A DNA stretch of 64,000 nucleotides from an uncultured Candidatus Rokubacteria bacterium (GTDB lineage: Bacteria; Methylomirabilota; Methylomirabilia; Rokubacteriales; DASRDR01): NCBI GenBank assembly GCA_963708025.1, contig CAVPSB010000010.1, forward strand, positions 64,001-128,000. Reading direction: 5' to 3'. The notes under the pieces are model-generated. The model searched no databases and was not told the origin of the DNA. It saw only the letters and a list, made by a program, of their open reading frames with translations. Of the stretch, positions 53,001-61,205 are shown in pieces. The translations under genes were made by a program, and so were the position numbers. Position 1 is the stretch's first letter. Each line of letters opens with the position of its first letter.

Positions 53001-53175
53001 TGTCCTGGACGTTGGCGCCGGTGTACTGGGTGCCGACCGTCACCACCGGCAGGTTGATGTTCGGGAAGAGGTCGATCGGCATCCGGTTGAGGGAGGTGGC
53101 CCCGAGGACGACGATGCACATGGCCGCCATCAGGACGGCGATCGCGTTGCGGATCGCGAGGAGCGTCAGCCACAT
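50026..53175 (-). CDS. RND efflux permease (AcrB/CzcA family)
   Basis: IDLFP, VDDSIVELEN, RLRPILMT, PLARAVIGGL; 1049 aa. Confidence 0.95.
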   Translation of the reverse strand: MWLTLLAIRNAIAVLMAAMCIVVLGATSLNRMPIDLFPNINLPVVTVGTQYTGANVQDIEKTVTYPIEKAVSAVANVHHVESKSRQGFSSVQVWFNFDADVNAGQNEIMQRVQQILNSLPTGIKQPFIVRFDLSNIPVCMITASGGGLGEKELYDLAFNTIEPQLERLPGVASANVDGGKLRQIAVNLNRDLLYAKSLSVLDVVRAVNDANFLMPSGDIKIGSVDYNISTNNQFALVKPMEDIVVRRIGEVPVYIRDLGYVSDSFEQQTSVVRVNAERAVYLRVNKQPGANTVEIVDAVKGTLPKLTGIPAGVQIALTFDQSTYIRQSIESLWHEAGQGAVLAFLVILIFLRSLVSTGIIFIAIPLSILGTFIAMYFLGQTINVFTLGGLALAVGRLVDDSIVELENINRHLAIPGKDRRAAVLDAAREVAMPIFVSTITTIVVFLPTVFIEGQAKLLFLPLTFTISFSLFASFLVSRTVTPLLCLQWLRPERPRDPTSRRFRDRFMGWTQAGLDRLDIAYQRLLGWALRHRKAVVLGVVATFLASLGLYPLIGTEFFPASDESQFRVFFRAPIGTRVEETEKIAGRMEEILKANLKPSEYKTIISSVGIPGGRSALFTSNTGPHAGQVQVYLDTPDRRTRSDAQIVNAIRPKFAGQFPGTVTYFNLGGIVNRVLNRGSQNPLELEVLGYDLAQAQVAARQVAGLMRDTPNVADVQISREENYPQFSVAVDRVKAAAAGLSQRDIAQAALFSLNSNLSVNPAIFTDPRTGNQYNIVVQLDEPFRVRPEDLGKIFVTATGGRPIVLSTVADISRSVAPVEIERKYQQRLIRISANPVGRDLGAISDELESKLGSLRLPAGFEVRLGGQTAQQREAFSSLAFTMILALMLVYMVMASQFRSLKDPFIIMFSVPMGLIGVLWALFLTRTTLSTTSFMGIIMMVGIVVSNGVLLVEYTNELRRRGLPLAEAVLTAGRTRLRPILMTSIATVVGLSPMALGLMVGSEANAPLARAVIGGLMVSTGLTLVLIPTLYTIFEERFPRTLRAEDAHVS

Positions 53176-53187
53176 GGCTCGGCCCCG

Positions 53188-54492
53188 CTAGGACGCTGTG
53201 GCCGGCACCGCCCGGACGGCCTGGCCTTCGCGCACGAGCTCCTTGCCCTGGACGATCAGCTGGTCTTCGGGGCCGAGGCCCTTCCGGATCTGGACCAGCG
53301 AGCCCTCGCTCGCGCCGAGCACCACCGGGGCGGTCACGACCTTGCCGTCGCGCACCAGGAGCAGGGCGGGCCGGCTCTCGCTCCCCACCAGCGCCTCCAG
53401 GGGCACGAGGAGGGCGCCGCGCTCGACCTCGATCACGAGCTGGACGCGGGCGTACATCCCGGGCTTCAGGAGCCGGTCCGGGTTGGGGATCTCCACCTCC
53501 ACGCCCATCGTCCGGGTGCGGGGGTCGAGGGCGTGGACGATCTGCCGGACGACGCCGCCGAAGCGGCGATCGGGGTAGGCGTCGGCCGTGAGGCGGACCG
53601 TGGCGCCGGGCTTGACCCGCGCCACCTCGCGCTCGGGGATCTCCATCTGGATCTTCACGGGGTTGATGTCCTGGAGCGTGAGGATGGCCACCGAGGCGTT
53701 GCTGGTCGCCGCCGCCTGGTTGCTCACGGAGGAGCCCACCTCCAGCGCCTTCTGGGAGATGTACCCGGAGAAGGGCGCGACGATCCGGGTGTCGTCCACG
53801 CGCATCTGGGCCATCCGGACCCCGGCCCGCTGCTGCTCGATCTGCGTCTCGGCGAGCCTGACCTGGCTGTCGGCGGTCTCGATCTGGACCCGCGACGCCT
53901 GGACCTGGGCCTCCTGGGCCTTGAGGACGGCCTGGGAGGCCTCGAAGGTCGTGCGGGCGTTGTCCCGATCCTGCGCCGAGACGAGCCCCTTCTGGAACAG
54001 CTCGGTCATCCGCTCCGCCTGCCGGCGGTCGTTGGCCAGGACGGCCTGGGCCTTGACCAGGTTGGCGTCCTGGCTCAGGAGGTTGGCCCGGGCGGACTCG
54101 AGGTTGGACCGCGCCACCTGGAGGCCGGCCAGCGCGGTCTGGAGCAGCGCCCGCGCCTGGTCCATCGCGGTCTCCATCTCGGTGGGCTCGATCTCCACCA
54201 GGAGCTGCCCGGCCTTCACGAACTCGCCCCGCTCGACGCGGATGGCCCGGATGTAGCCCGAGGTCTTGGCGAAGATCGGGGTCTGGCGGTTCGCCAGGAT
54301 GTCGCCGGTGTACGAGAGCGTGACCTCCAGGTCGCGCCGCTCGGCTGCCGCCACGCCGACCACGGTCTCGCGGGGCGCCCGGGTCACCGCCCGGGCCTGC
54401 TGGTCGCGCACCCGGAACACGACCAGCGTGATCATCACCGCCAGCAGGGCGACCAGCACGAAGGGGACCCGGTATCGACGGATGAAGCGCAT
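53188..54492 (-). CDS. RND periplasmic adaptor subunit
   Basis: SGYI..GEFVKAGQLL, IVAPFSG, LKPGMYARV. Confidence 0.9.
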   Translation of the reverse strand: MRFIRRYRVPFVLVALLAVMITLVVFRVRDQQARAVTRAPRETVVGVAAAERRDLEVTLSYTGDILANRQTPIFAKTSGYIRAIRVERGEFVKAGQLLVEIEPTEMETAMDQARALLQTALAGLQVARSNLESARANLLSQDANLVKAQAVLANDRRQAERMTELFQKGLVSAQDRDNARTTFEASQAVLKAQEAQVQASRVQIETADSQVRLAETQIEQQRAGVRMAQMRVDDTRIVAPFSGYISQKALEVGSSVSNQAAATSNASVAILTLQDINPVKIQMEIPEREVARVKPGATVRLTADAYPDRRFGGVVRQIVHALDPRTRTMGVEVEIPNPDRLLKPGMYARVQLVIEVERGALLVPLEALVGSESRPALLLVRDGKVVTAPVVLGASEGSLVQIRKGLGPEDQLIVQGKELVREGQAVRAVPATAS

Positions 54493-55109
54493 CAGGCGGA
54501 AGCTCCTCGGTCGAGGAAGCCATGCAGGCAGAGGTCACCGATGCGGGGGGCGAGCACCTCGGCGGGGATGTCCTCGGCGTGGTTCAGCGTGGTGCCCCAG
54601 ACCATCCCGATGAGCATCGACGGGGCCAGGACCCGGTCCACCTTGCGGAACGCCCCGGCCTCCACGCCGCGATCGATCACCTCGGCCAGCAGCCGGGCGA
54701 TGTGGACGCGCCGGGCCCGGATGACCTGTTTCTTGCGAAGGAGGAGGCGCGCCTCCACGCCCTGGATGAGCCGGAAGGAGGGCAGGTGCCGCGCGAAGGT
54801 CTCGACGATGGCCTCGATCATACCGGAGAGCGCGGTGGCCGGCGGCACCGGCGCCGCGCGCTCGGCCTCCAGGCGGTCGATGAGCAGGGCGAAGGCGTCG
54901 TCCACGATCGCCAGGTAGAGGTCCTCTTTCGAGGGGAAGTACCGGTAGAGGGTGCCCTTGCCCATGCGGGCGACCCGGGCGATCTCCTCCATCGTGACGA
55001 GGTGGTAGACTCGCGCGGCAAAGATCCGGGAGGCTGCCTCCAGAATCTGACCGCGCTTCTTTGCGCGCCGCGGCGCGCGCGAGCGGGACGTCGGGGCGTG
55101 GCCGGGCAT
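54492..55109 (-). CDS. TetR/AcrR family regulator
   Basis: ILEAA..F..TMEEIA..GKGTLYRYFPSKEDL. Confidence 0.92.
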   Translation of the reverse strand: MPGHAPTSRSRAPRRAKKRGQILEAASRIFAARVYHLVTMEEIARVARMGKGTLYRYFPSKEDLYLAIVDDAFALLIDRLEAERAAPVPPATALSGMIEAIVETFARHLPSFRLIQGVEARLLLRKKQVIRARRVHIARLLAEVIDRGVEAGAFRKVDRVLAPSMLIGMVWGTTLNHAEDIPAEVLAPRIGDLCLHGFLDRGASA

Positions 55110-55119
55110 CGAGAGTGGT

Positions 55120-55172
55120 ACTGACCGGTCAGTTCCATTCGCACTCTAGCCCGCGGCTCGCGGCGATGTCAA
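55120..55172 (-). promoter_or_regulatory. Promoter plus palindromic operator of the TetR-efflux operon
   Basis: Minus strand TTGACA-18bp-TAGAGT; perfect palindrome ACTGACCGGTCAGT at 55120-55133. Confidence 0.7.
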
Positions 55173-55250
55173 GGTGTGGGTCGGTCGCGACGGGACCGGG
55201 ACCGCCCACCGCGCTTGTGAATGTGTGCGCAAAATCCAGCCGATTTTTTC

Positions 55251-55304
55251 TTGACAGCACCAAATGTCGTATGCCAGGATTCGCCTCGCTACAATATCGT
55301 GTAT
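55251..55304 (+). promoter_or_regulatory. nrdJ promoter with tandem NrdR boxes
   Basis: TTGACA at 55251; GCACCAAATGTCGTAT (55257) and CTACAATATCGTGTAT (55289), 32 bp apart, fit acaCwAtATaTwGtgt. Confidence 0.75.
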
Positions 55305-55585
55305 GTGCCCCCTGAGAACAGGACGCCCAGCCGCATGAGTCTGGCCCGGCCGGCCGACCGGATCCGCGCCCGGGCGCTTAAGGCCCGGGCGGCCCGCTGC
55401 CCCTGGTCGGCCGGGGCGATCCGGGTGGGCCAGCCGGCGGCCACGAGCCGGCCGGCGGCCGCCGCCTTCGCGGACGGCCGGGCACCGGCGGCTGGCTTCC
55501 CGACCCGCGAGCCGGACCCCGAGACCGGTCCCTCCGAGTCGACCTGATCGTGGTCGTGGTGTCGTTGAATGAAGGAGGAGTCTGA

Positions 55586-57865
55586 ATGCGTACCGGAACC
55601 CGCCCCCCCAAGGTCGGCAAGTGGACCGAGCAGGCGTTGCGCGTGCTTCGCGAGCGGTACCTGAGCCGCGAGGGCGATGCCGTCAAGGAGACGCCGGAGG
55701 AGATGTGCTGGCGGGTGGCGACGGCGATCGCGCGGGCCGAGGAGCGGTGGGGAAAGAGTTCGGCAGTCGTCGAGGAGATCGCGGGCGCCTTCTTCGACCT
55801 GATGGTGGAGGGGCAGTTCCTGCCGAACTCGCCGACCTTGATGAACGCGGGGAAGAACAACTCGCTCCAGTACTCGGCGTGCTACGTCCTGCCGGTCGGC
55901 GACTCGATGGACGAGATCTTCGACGCGGTCAAGGACGCCGCCATCATTCACAAGTCGGGCGGTGGCACGGGGTTCGCGTTCTCCCGCCTGCGCCCGAAGG
56001 ACACGCTGGTCGCCTCCACCGGCGGCCGCGCTTCCGGGCCCGTGTCGTTCCTCCGCGTCTTCAACGCCGCCACCGAGGCCGTGAAGCAGGGGGGGACGCG
56101 CCGTGGTGCCAACATGGGCATCCTGCGGGTCGATCACCCGGACGTCCTGGAGTTCATCGAGTGCAAGCTGGACGGCGGCATCACCAACTTCAACATCTCG
56201 GTGGCGGCGACCGATCGGTTCATGGACGCCCTGGCCAAGGGCGAGGACTACGACCTGATCGATCCGCACACGAAGAAGGTGACGGGCCGGCTCAGCGCGA
56301 AGGAGGTCTTCGATCGGATCGTCACCGCCGCCTGGCGGACCGGCGATCCGGGCATGGTCTTCATCGACCGCATCAACGCCAGCCCGGCCAACCCCACGCC
56401 CGCCGTGGGGATGATCGAGGCGACGAACCCCTGTGGCGAACAGCCCCTCTTGCCCAACGAGGCCTGCAACCTCGGCTCGGTCAACGTGTCGAAGTTCGCC
56501 CAGCGGCAGCCGGATGGGGAATGGGCGATCGACTGGGCCGAGCTGGAGCGGGTCGTGCGGCTGTCGGTCCGCTTCCTGGACGACGTGATCGAGGTGAACC
56601 CGTACCCGCTGCCGGTGATCGACGACACGGTGAAGGCGAACCGCCGGATCGGTCTCGGGGTCATGGGCTGGGCGGACCTGCTCTTCCGGATGGGAATCCC
56701 GTACGACAGCCAGGCCGCCCTCGACCTGGGCGGTCAACTCATGACCTTCATCGAGGAGAAGGCCCATGACCAGTCGGCGAAGCTGGCCGAGGAGCGCGGC
56801 CCGTTCCCGAACTGGTCCCACTCGATCTACATGAGCGGCCGGCCGCTCCGCAACTCCACGGTCACCACGATCGCGCCCACCGGCACCATCTCGATGATCG
56901 CGGGCGCCTCGTCGGGGATCGAGCCGGCGTTCGCCGTGGCCTTCACCCACAAGGTCGGCGACCGGGTGCTGCCGTTCATCAACGACGTCTTCGAGCAGGT
57001 GGCGCGCGAGCGCGGCTTCCACTCGGACGCCCTCATGGACGAGGTGGCCCGGCGGGGCGTGGTGCACGGGCTGCCCGGGGTCCCGGAGGACGTCCAGCGG
57101 GTGTTCGTGACGGCGCACGAGGTGGCGTTCGAGTGGCACGTCCGGCACCAGGCCGTTTTCCAGAAGTGGACGGACAACGGCGTGTCCAAGACGATCAACC
57201 TGCCGAACTCCGCCTCGGTCGAGGACGTGGCGCGCGCCTATCTCCTGGCGTGGGAAGAGCAGTGCCTGGGCATCACCGTCTTCCGCGATGGGTGCAAGGA
57301 GGGCGTCCTCCACGTCGGCACCAAGACCAAGGCGGCCGACAAGCGCGAGGCCGAGGCGGCCGGCGCCGTGCCGGCGGTCGTCAAGCCGCGCCCGCGGAGG
57401 CTCGCCGGCCGGACCTATCGGATGGAGACGCCGCTCGGCACCGCCTTCGTCGTCGTCAACGAGAACGGCTCGGGCGAGCCGTTCGAGGTCTTCGTCTCGG
57501 TCGGCAAGGCCGGCTCCGATACGATGGCGGTCGCCGAGGCGATGGGCCGGCTCATCTCGCTGATCCTCCGCATGCCCTCGCCGTTCACGCCCACCCGCCG
57601 GGCCGAGGAGATCGTGAGCCAACTCTCCGGCATCGGTGGCGGCCGGCCGCTCGGCTTCGGGGCTCAGCGGGTCCTGTCGCTGCCGGACGGCATCGCCCGA
57701 GTCCTGGCCGAGCACCTGGGGCAGGTGAAGGTCGAGGAGGCCGGTCTCGCCGGGCAGGCGACCAAGCTGACGGCGGGGGACATCTGTCCCGAGTGCGGCC
57801 AGGCGACCTTCGTGTACGAAGAGGGCTGTAAGAAGTGCTACGGCTGCGGCTTCAACGAGTGCTGA
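55586..57865 (+). CDS. nrdJ: Class II (B12-dependent) ribonucleotide reductase with TSCPD domain and C-terminal Zn ribbon
   Basis: PNSPTLMNAG, SACYV, GGGTG, TNPCGEQ, TIAPTGT, CPECG..EEGCKKCYGCG. Confidence 0.95.
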   Translation: MRTGTRPPKVGKWTEQALRVLRERYLSREGDAVKETPEEMCWRVATAIARAEERWGKSSAVVEEIAGAFFDLMVEGQFLPNSPTLMNAGKNNSLQYSACYVLPVGDSMDEIFDAVKDAAIIHKSGGGTGFAFSRLRPKDTLVASTGGRASGPVSFLRVFNAATEAVKQGGTRRGANMGILRVDHPDVLEFIECKLDGGITNFNISVAATDRFMDALAKGEDYDLIDPHTKKVTGRLSAKEVFDRIVTAAWRTGDPGMVFIDRINASPANPTPAVGMIEATNPCGEQPLLPNEACNLGSVNVSKFAQRQPDGEWAIDWAELERVVRLSVRFLDDVIEVNPYPLPVIDDTVKANRRIGLGVMGWADLLFRMGIPYDSQAALDLGGQLMTFIEEKAHDQSAKLAEERGPFPNWSHSIYMSGRPLRNSTVTTIAPTGTISMIAGASSGIEPAFAVAFTHKVGDRVLPFINDVFEQVARERGFHSDALMDEVARRGVVHGLPGVPEDVQRVFVTAHEVAFEWHVRHQAVFQKWTDNGVSKTINLPNSASVEDVARAYLLAWEEQCLGITVFRDGCKEGVLHVGTKTKAADKREAEAAGAVPAVVKPRPRRLAGRTYRMETPLGTAFVVVNENGSGEPFEVFVSVGKAGSDTMAVAEAMGRLISLILRMPSPFTPTRRAEEIVSQLSGIGGGRPLGFGAQRVLSLPDGIARVLAEHLGQVKVEEAGLAGQATKLTAGDICPECGQATFVYEEGCKKCYGCGFNEC

Positions 57866-57951
57866 GTCCGGGCCGATGACCGTCGCAACGTCCTACCCCG
57901 CCAAAGGCCGAAGGCCGTCCAACGGTCGGGGAGGGAGGTGGGCGGGAGGTG
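57866..57951 (+). repeat. Truncated family B end plus hairpin plus family A tail
   Basis: CGGGCCGATGACCGTCGCAA right after the nrdJ TGA; CCAAAGGCCGAAGGCCGTCC; GGTGGGCGGGAGGT. Confidence 0.7.
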
Positions 57952-57955
57952 TCAA

Positions 57956-57984
57956 TTGACGGCGCGGGGTCTCTCCGCTAACAT
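57956..57984 (+). promoter_or_regulatory. Sigma70-type promoter
   Basis: TTGACG-17bp-TAACAT. Confidence 0.6.
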
Positions 57985-57996
57985 CCGGCGCCGGAG

Positions 57997-58314
57997 ATGA
58001 ATCCGCGGATCCCGGTCGGCTACGACGAGGTAGGGCGGTGGCTCCGCAACTTCGCCACGTCCCACGTCAAGCGCGAGTACCCGCGCGCGGAGGCCCACGT
58101 CGAGATGGGCGGGGATCGCGAGGGGGAGAGATACGGCCTCCGGCTCGTGCTCGATGGCCGCCTGCAGCCGCCGCCGGCGGTGCCGCCGATGGAGTTCGGC
58201 TACGCCGAGGTGGCGGAGGGCCGCACCCGGTTTGCCTGGTGCGAGACGCTGGCCCAGCGGCTTCGCGCCGAGGTGCGCCGGCTGGCTGACGAGACGACGA
58301 ACCGCTCCGCCTGA
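57997..58314 (+). CDS. Hypothetical protein
   Basis: Promoter upstream; globular-looking composition. Confidence 0.65.
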   Translation: MNPRIPVGYDEVGRWLRNFATSHVKREYPRAEAHVEMGGDREGERYGLRLVLDGRLQPPPAVPPMEFGYAEVAEGRTRFAWCETLAQRLRAEVRRLADETTNRSA

Positions 58315-58348
58315 GCGCGGACGGGAATCCGAGCGGCGCGGGGCGGGG

Positions 58349-58642
58349 TCAGGGGACCCAGTGGTCCCCGTCCTTGTGCAGGATCATGAACCCGAGGACG
58401 GACATGAGGGCGAGGGCGGCCTCGGGCGTGTCTGCGCGCCGCTGGCCCTGGCGGCGCTCGGCCGCCGTGGTGCCGTCACCGTTGCGCCGTCGCTCCCCTT
58501 CGCGCCGATCGAGGACCACCACCGTCCGCCCACCGGACTCCTGCTTCGGCTTCACGAACTCGTAGAAGCTCGCCTGATCGCGGGCGAGGATGATGATGGT
58601 GTCGTGGTCCGTGTCGGGGGCCGCGGTCCGCTCGGTCGCCAT
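58349..58642 (-). CDS. Hypothetical small protein with DRR/ERR repeats
   Basis: VVVLDRREGERRR..ERRQGQRR; TAAAAT -10 upstream. Confidence 0.65.
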   Translation of the reverse strand: MATERTAAPDTDHDTIIILARDQASFYEFVKPKQESGGRTVVVLDRREGERRRNGDGTTAAERRQGQRRADTPEAALALMSVLGFMILHKDGDHWVP

Positions 58643-58834
58643 GACGTGGAGCCTATTTTATGCCGGCCTCTCGGCCACGCTCAAGTTTTCTCGACCGACC
58701 CGCGGTCCGTTTCAACTTCTGTGGCATGCATCGTTGTCTAACTCGAAGTAGACAAATGCGAACAGACAGTCGCCTCAATCCGCGATCCACCTGATGGGCG
58801 CTCTGGCCGCCGACCCCGACCGGTCCACTCCGGC

Positions 58835-60373
58835 ATGACGTCGTACCGCTGGGCCCGGGCCGGCGACCTCAACGCGGCGTTCGGCCTCGTCGTCAACAAC
58901 ATGACCAACCTCGTCGTCCTGGCCGGCCTGTTGATCGGCGTGTTCCGATTCCCCGCCGATCTGGTCCTCTACCGCATGATTCCCGGCACCGCCCTCGGCG
59001 TCCTGATCGGCGACCTCGTGTACACGTGGCTCGCGTTCCGTCTGGCCCGCCAGAGCGGACGGGACGAGGTGACCGCGATGCCCTTCGGCATCGACACGCC
59101 CTCGCTCTTCGGGATGACGTTCGCGGTGATCGGCCCCACCATGGTGCTGACCCGGGATCCGGTGCTGGCCTGGAAGGTCGGCATGGGAACGACCGTGGCG
59201 ATGGGCGTCGCCAAGCTGGTCCTGTCCTTCGGCGGCGAGTGGGTGCGGCGCGTGGTGCCCCGGGCGGGCCTGCTCGGATCCATCGCGGGCGTCGCCATCC
59301 TGCTGATCGCCTTCCTGCCGGCGCTGAAGGTGTTCGCGGATCCGCTGGTCGGCCTGGTCGCCCTCGGGCTGATCCTGGTGACCTTGACGGGCAGGATCGC
59401 GCTGCCCGGCCGCATCCCCGGCGCGCTGGCGGCGGTGGTCGCGGGTTCGCTGGTCTACGCCGCCGAGCGGGGCCTCGGCATCAGCGGCGTGCCGGCCGCC
59501 CTGGCGCTGCCGGGCGAGTGGCGCTTCGCGGTGCCGTGGCCCACCCTGGCCTGGCTCGACGCGCTGCCCCAGACGTGGGCGGCCCTCTCGGTGGCGCTCC
59601 CCTTCGCGGTGGCGACGGTCATCGGGGGCATCGACAACACGGAGAGCGCGATCGCCGCCGGGGATCACTATCGCACCCGCGACATCCTGCTCACCGAGGC
59701 GTGCGCGACGCTCCTGGCCGGGCTCTGCGGCGGCGTGATCCAGAACACGCCGTACATCGGGCACCCGGCGTACAAGGCGATGGGAGCGCGCGCGGCCTAC
59801 ACGCTGGCCACCGGGCTCGTCATCGGTCTCGGCGCCATGGCCGGCGTGATCTCCGTCCTGGTGGGCATCATCCCGGAGGCCGCGGTGGCGCCGATCCTGA
59901 TCTTCATCGGGCTCGAGATCACGGCCCAGGCCTTCCTGGCCACGCCGGCTCGGCACGCCCCCGCGGTGGCGCTGGCCTTCGTGCCGGTCGTGGCCGCGCT
60001 GCTCCTCATCGAGATGGGAAGCCTCCTGGCGGGGCTGGGCCGGGGACCACAGGACCTCACGGGCGAGGCGGCCCGCACGCTGGAGACGATCCGGGTCCTG
60101 GGCAACGGCTTCATCCTCACCGCGCTCCTGTGGGCCTCCGGGGTGGCGCAGATCATCGATCGCCGGCTCCGGGCGGCCGCGGCCGTCTTCGCCGTCGCCA
60201 GCGCCGCCAGTCTCTGCGGCATCATCCACTCGCCGCTCCTCACGGGTGGGCTGTTCTGGCCCGGCGGCATCGACTCCCGATGGCCCGGCCTCCTGGCCGG
60301 CGGCTACGGCCTCCTGGCCGCCACGCTGGCCCTGCTGGCCCCCTGGGCGGGTGAGGCGCGGCGCGAGGCGTGA
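58835..60373 (+). CDS. Permease (NCS2/AzgA-related)
   Basis: Many TM segments; TAMPFGIDTP, DNTESA..AGD.Y, YIGHPAYKAMGAR. Confidence 0.8.
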   Translation: MTSYRWARAGDLNAAFGLVVNNMTNLVVLAGLLIGVFRFPADLVLYRMIPGTALGVLIGDLVYTWLAFRLARQSGRDEVTAMPFGIDTPSLFGMTFAVIGPTMVLTRDPVLAWKVGMGTTVAMGVAKLVLSFGGEWVRRVVPRAGLLGSIAGVAILLIAFLPALKVFADPLVGLVALGLILVTLTGRIALPGRIPGALAAVVAGSLVYAAERGLGISGVPAALALPGEWRFAVPWPTLAWLDALPQTWAALSVALPFAVATVIGGIDNTESAIAAGDHYRTRDILLTEACATLLAGLCGGVIQNTPYIGHPAYKAMGARAAYTLATGLVIGLGAMAGVISVLVGIIPEAAVAPILIFIGLEITAQAFLATPARHAPAVALAFVPVVAALLLIEMGSLLAGLGRGPQDLTGEAARTLETIRVLGNGFILTALLWASGVAQIIDRRLRAAAAVFAVASAASLCGIIHSPLLTGGLFWPGGIDSRWPGLLAGGYGLLAATLALLAPWAGEARREA

Positions 60374-60500
60374 CACACTCGCGAGCGCTTGACCGTCCGG
60401 CGGCTCCGGTGGTACATAGAGGTACGTCACTTTGTGAATTCGGTCACGACATCGTCCCACCGATGTCTGAACACGATGTCTGAACACAGAGGAGGTCCCG

Positions 60501-60938
60501 ATGACACGCACCGTCACCCTGGCCAGCCTGGCCGCCGCCGGCTTGCTCCTGGCCACCCCCGCGATGGTCGGCCCCGCCTGGGCGCAGGCCGCCGCCAAGT
60601 GGGAGCTGACGAAGGAGCAGAAGGAGCGGGTCGCCAAGCTCAAGAACCCGGTGGCCGCCGACAAGCGGGCGCCGTCGGTCGAGAACGGCAAGAAGATCGC
60701 GGCGACGAACTGCGCGCCCTGTCACGGTCCCGGCGGCAAGGGGGACGGCCCGGGGGCGTCGGCGCTGCCGAAGAAGCCCGCCGACTGGACATCCAAGGCG
60801 GTCCAGGACGAGTCCGACGCGGCGATCTTCGTCCGGATCAGCGACGGGAACCCGCCGATGCCGCCCTGGGCCAGCCTGCCCGAGAAGGATCGGTGGGACC
60901 TCGTGAACTACGTCAAGAGCCTCGGCAAGAAGTCCTAG
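60501..60938 (+). CDS. Periplasmic monoheme cytochrome c
   Basis: Signal peptide, CAPCH, distal Met (PMPPW); SD GGAGG. Confidence 0.92.
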   Translation: MTRTVTLASLAAAGLLLATPAMVGPAWAQAAAKWELTKEQKERVAKLKNPVAADKRAPSVENGKKIAATNCAPCHGPGGKGDGPGASALPKKPADWTSKAVQDESDAAIFVRISDGNPPMPPWASLPEKDRWDLVNYVKSLGKKS

Positions 60939-60955
60939 GCCGCCGTCTCGCCATC

Positions 60956-60995
60956 GACCGCCCCTCTCGGCCAGATCGGGAGGGGCGGTTCTGTT
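60956..60995 (+). terminator. Intrinsic terminator after cytochrome c
   Basis: GACCGCCCCTCTCG..CGGGAGGGGCGGTT followed by CTGTT. Confidence 0.65.
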
Positions 60996-61205
60996 CCGCC
61001 CCCGAACCACACCCGGGTTCCCGGGAGCGCGGAGCGGGAGACGGCGAGCCGCTCCAAGAACTTCGGGAAGACCCTGGCGCGGATCGCGGGCCGCCTCGAC
61101 GACCTTGCCACGGGCCTGGCCCGGCTGGCCCCGGCGGCCGAGGCCGCGCCGGTCGGGGAGCCGCTGAGAGAGAGCGAGCGGCAAGGCCTGGCCCGCATCG
61201 AGAGC

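Noticed and set aside
49934-54918. 1534-aa and 1647-aa ORFs over the RND genes, and many similar long overlapping ORFs
   Set aside because: Shadow or antisense frames typical of high-GC DNA; Arg/Pro/Gly-rich with no recognisable motifs.
55305-55585. Cobalamin riboswitch or small CDS before nrdJ
   Set aside because: No B12-box motifs recognised; the candidate ORF is low-complexity and lacks an SD.
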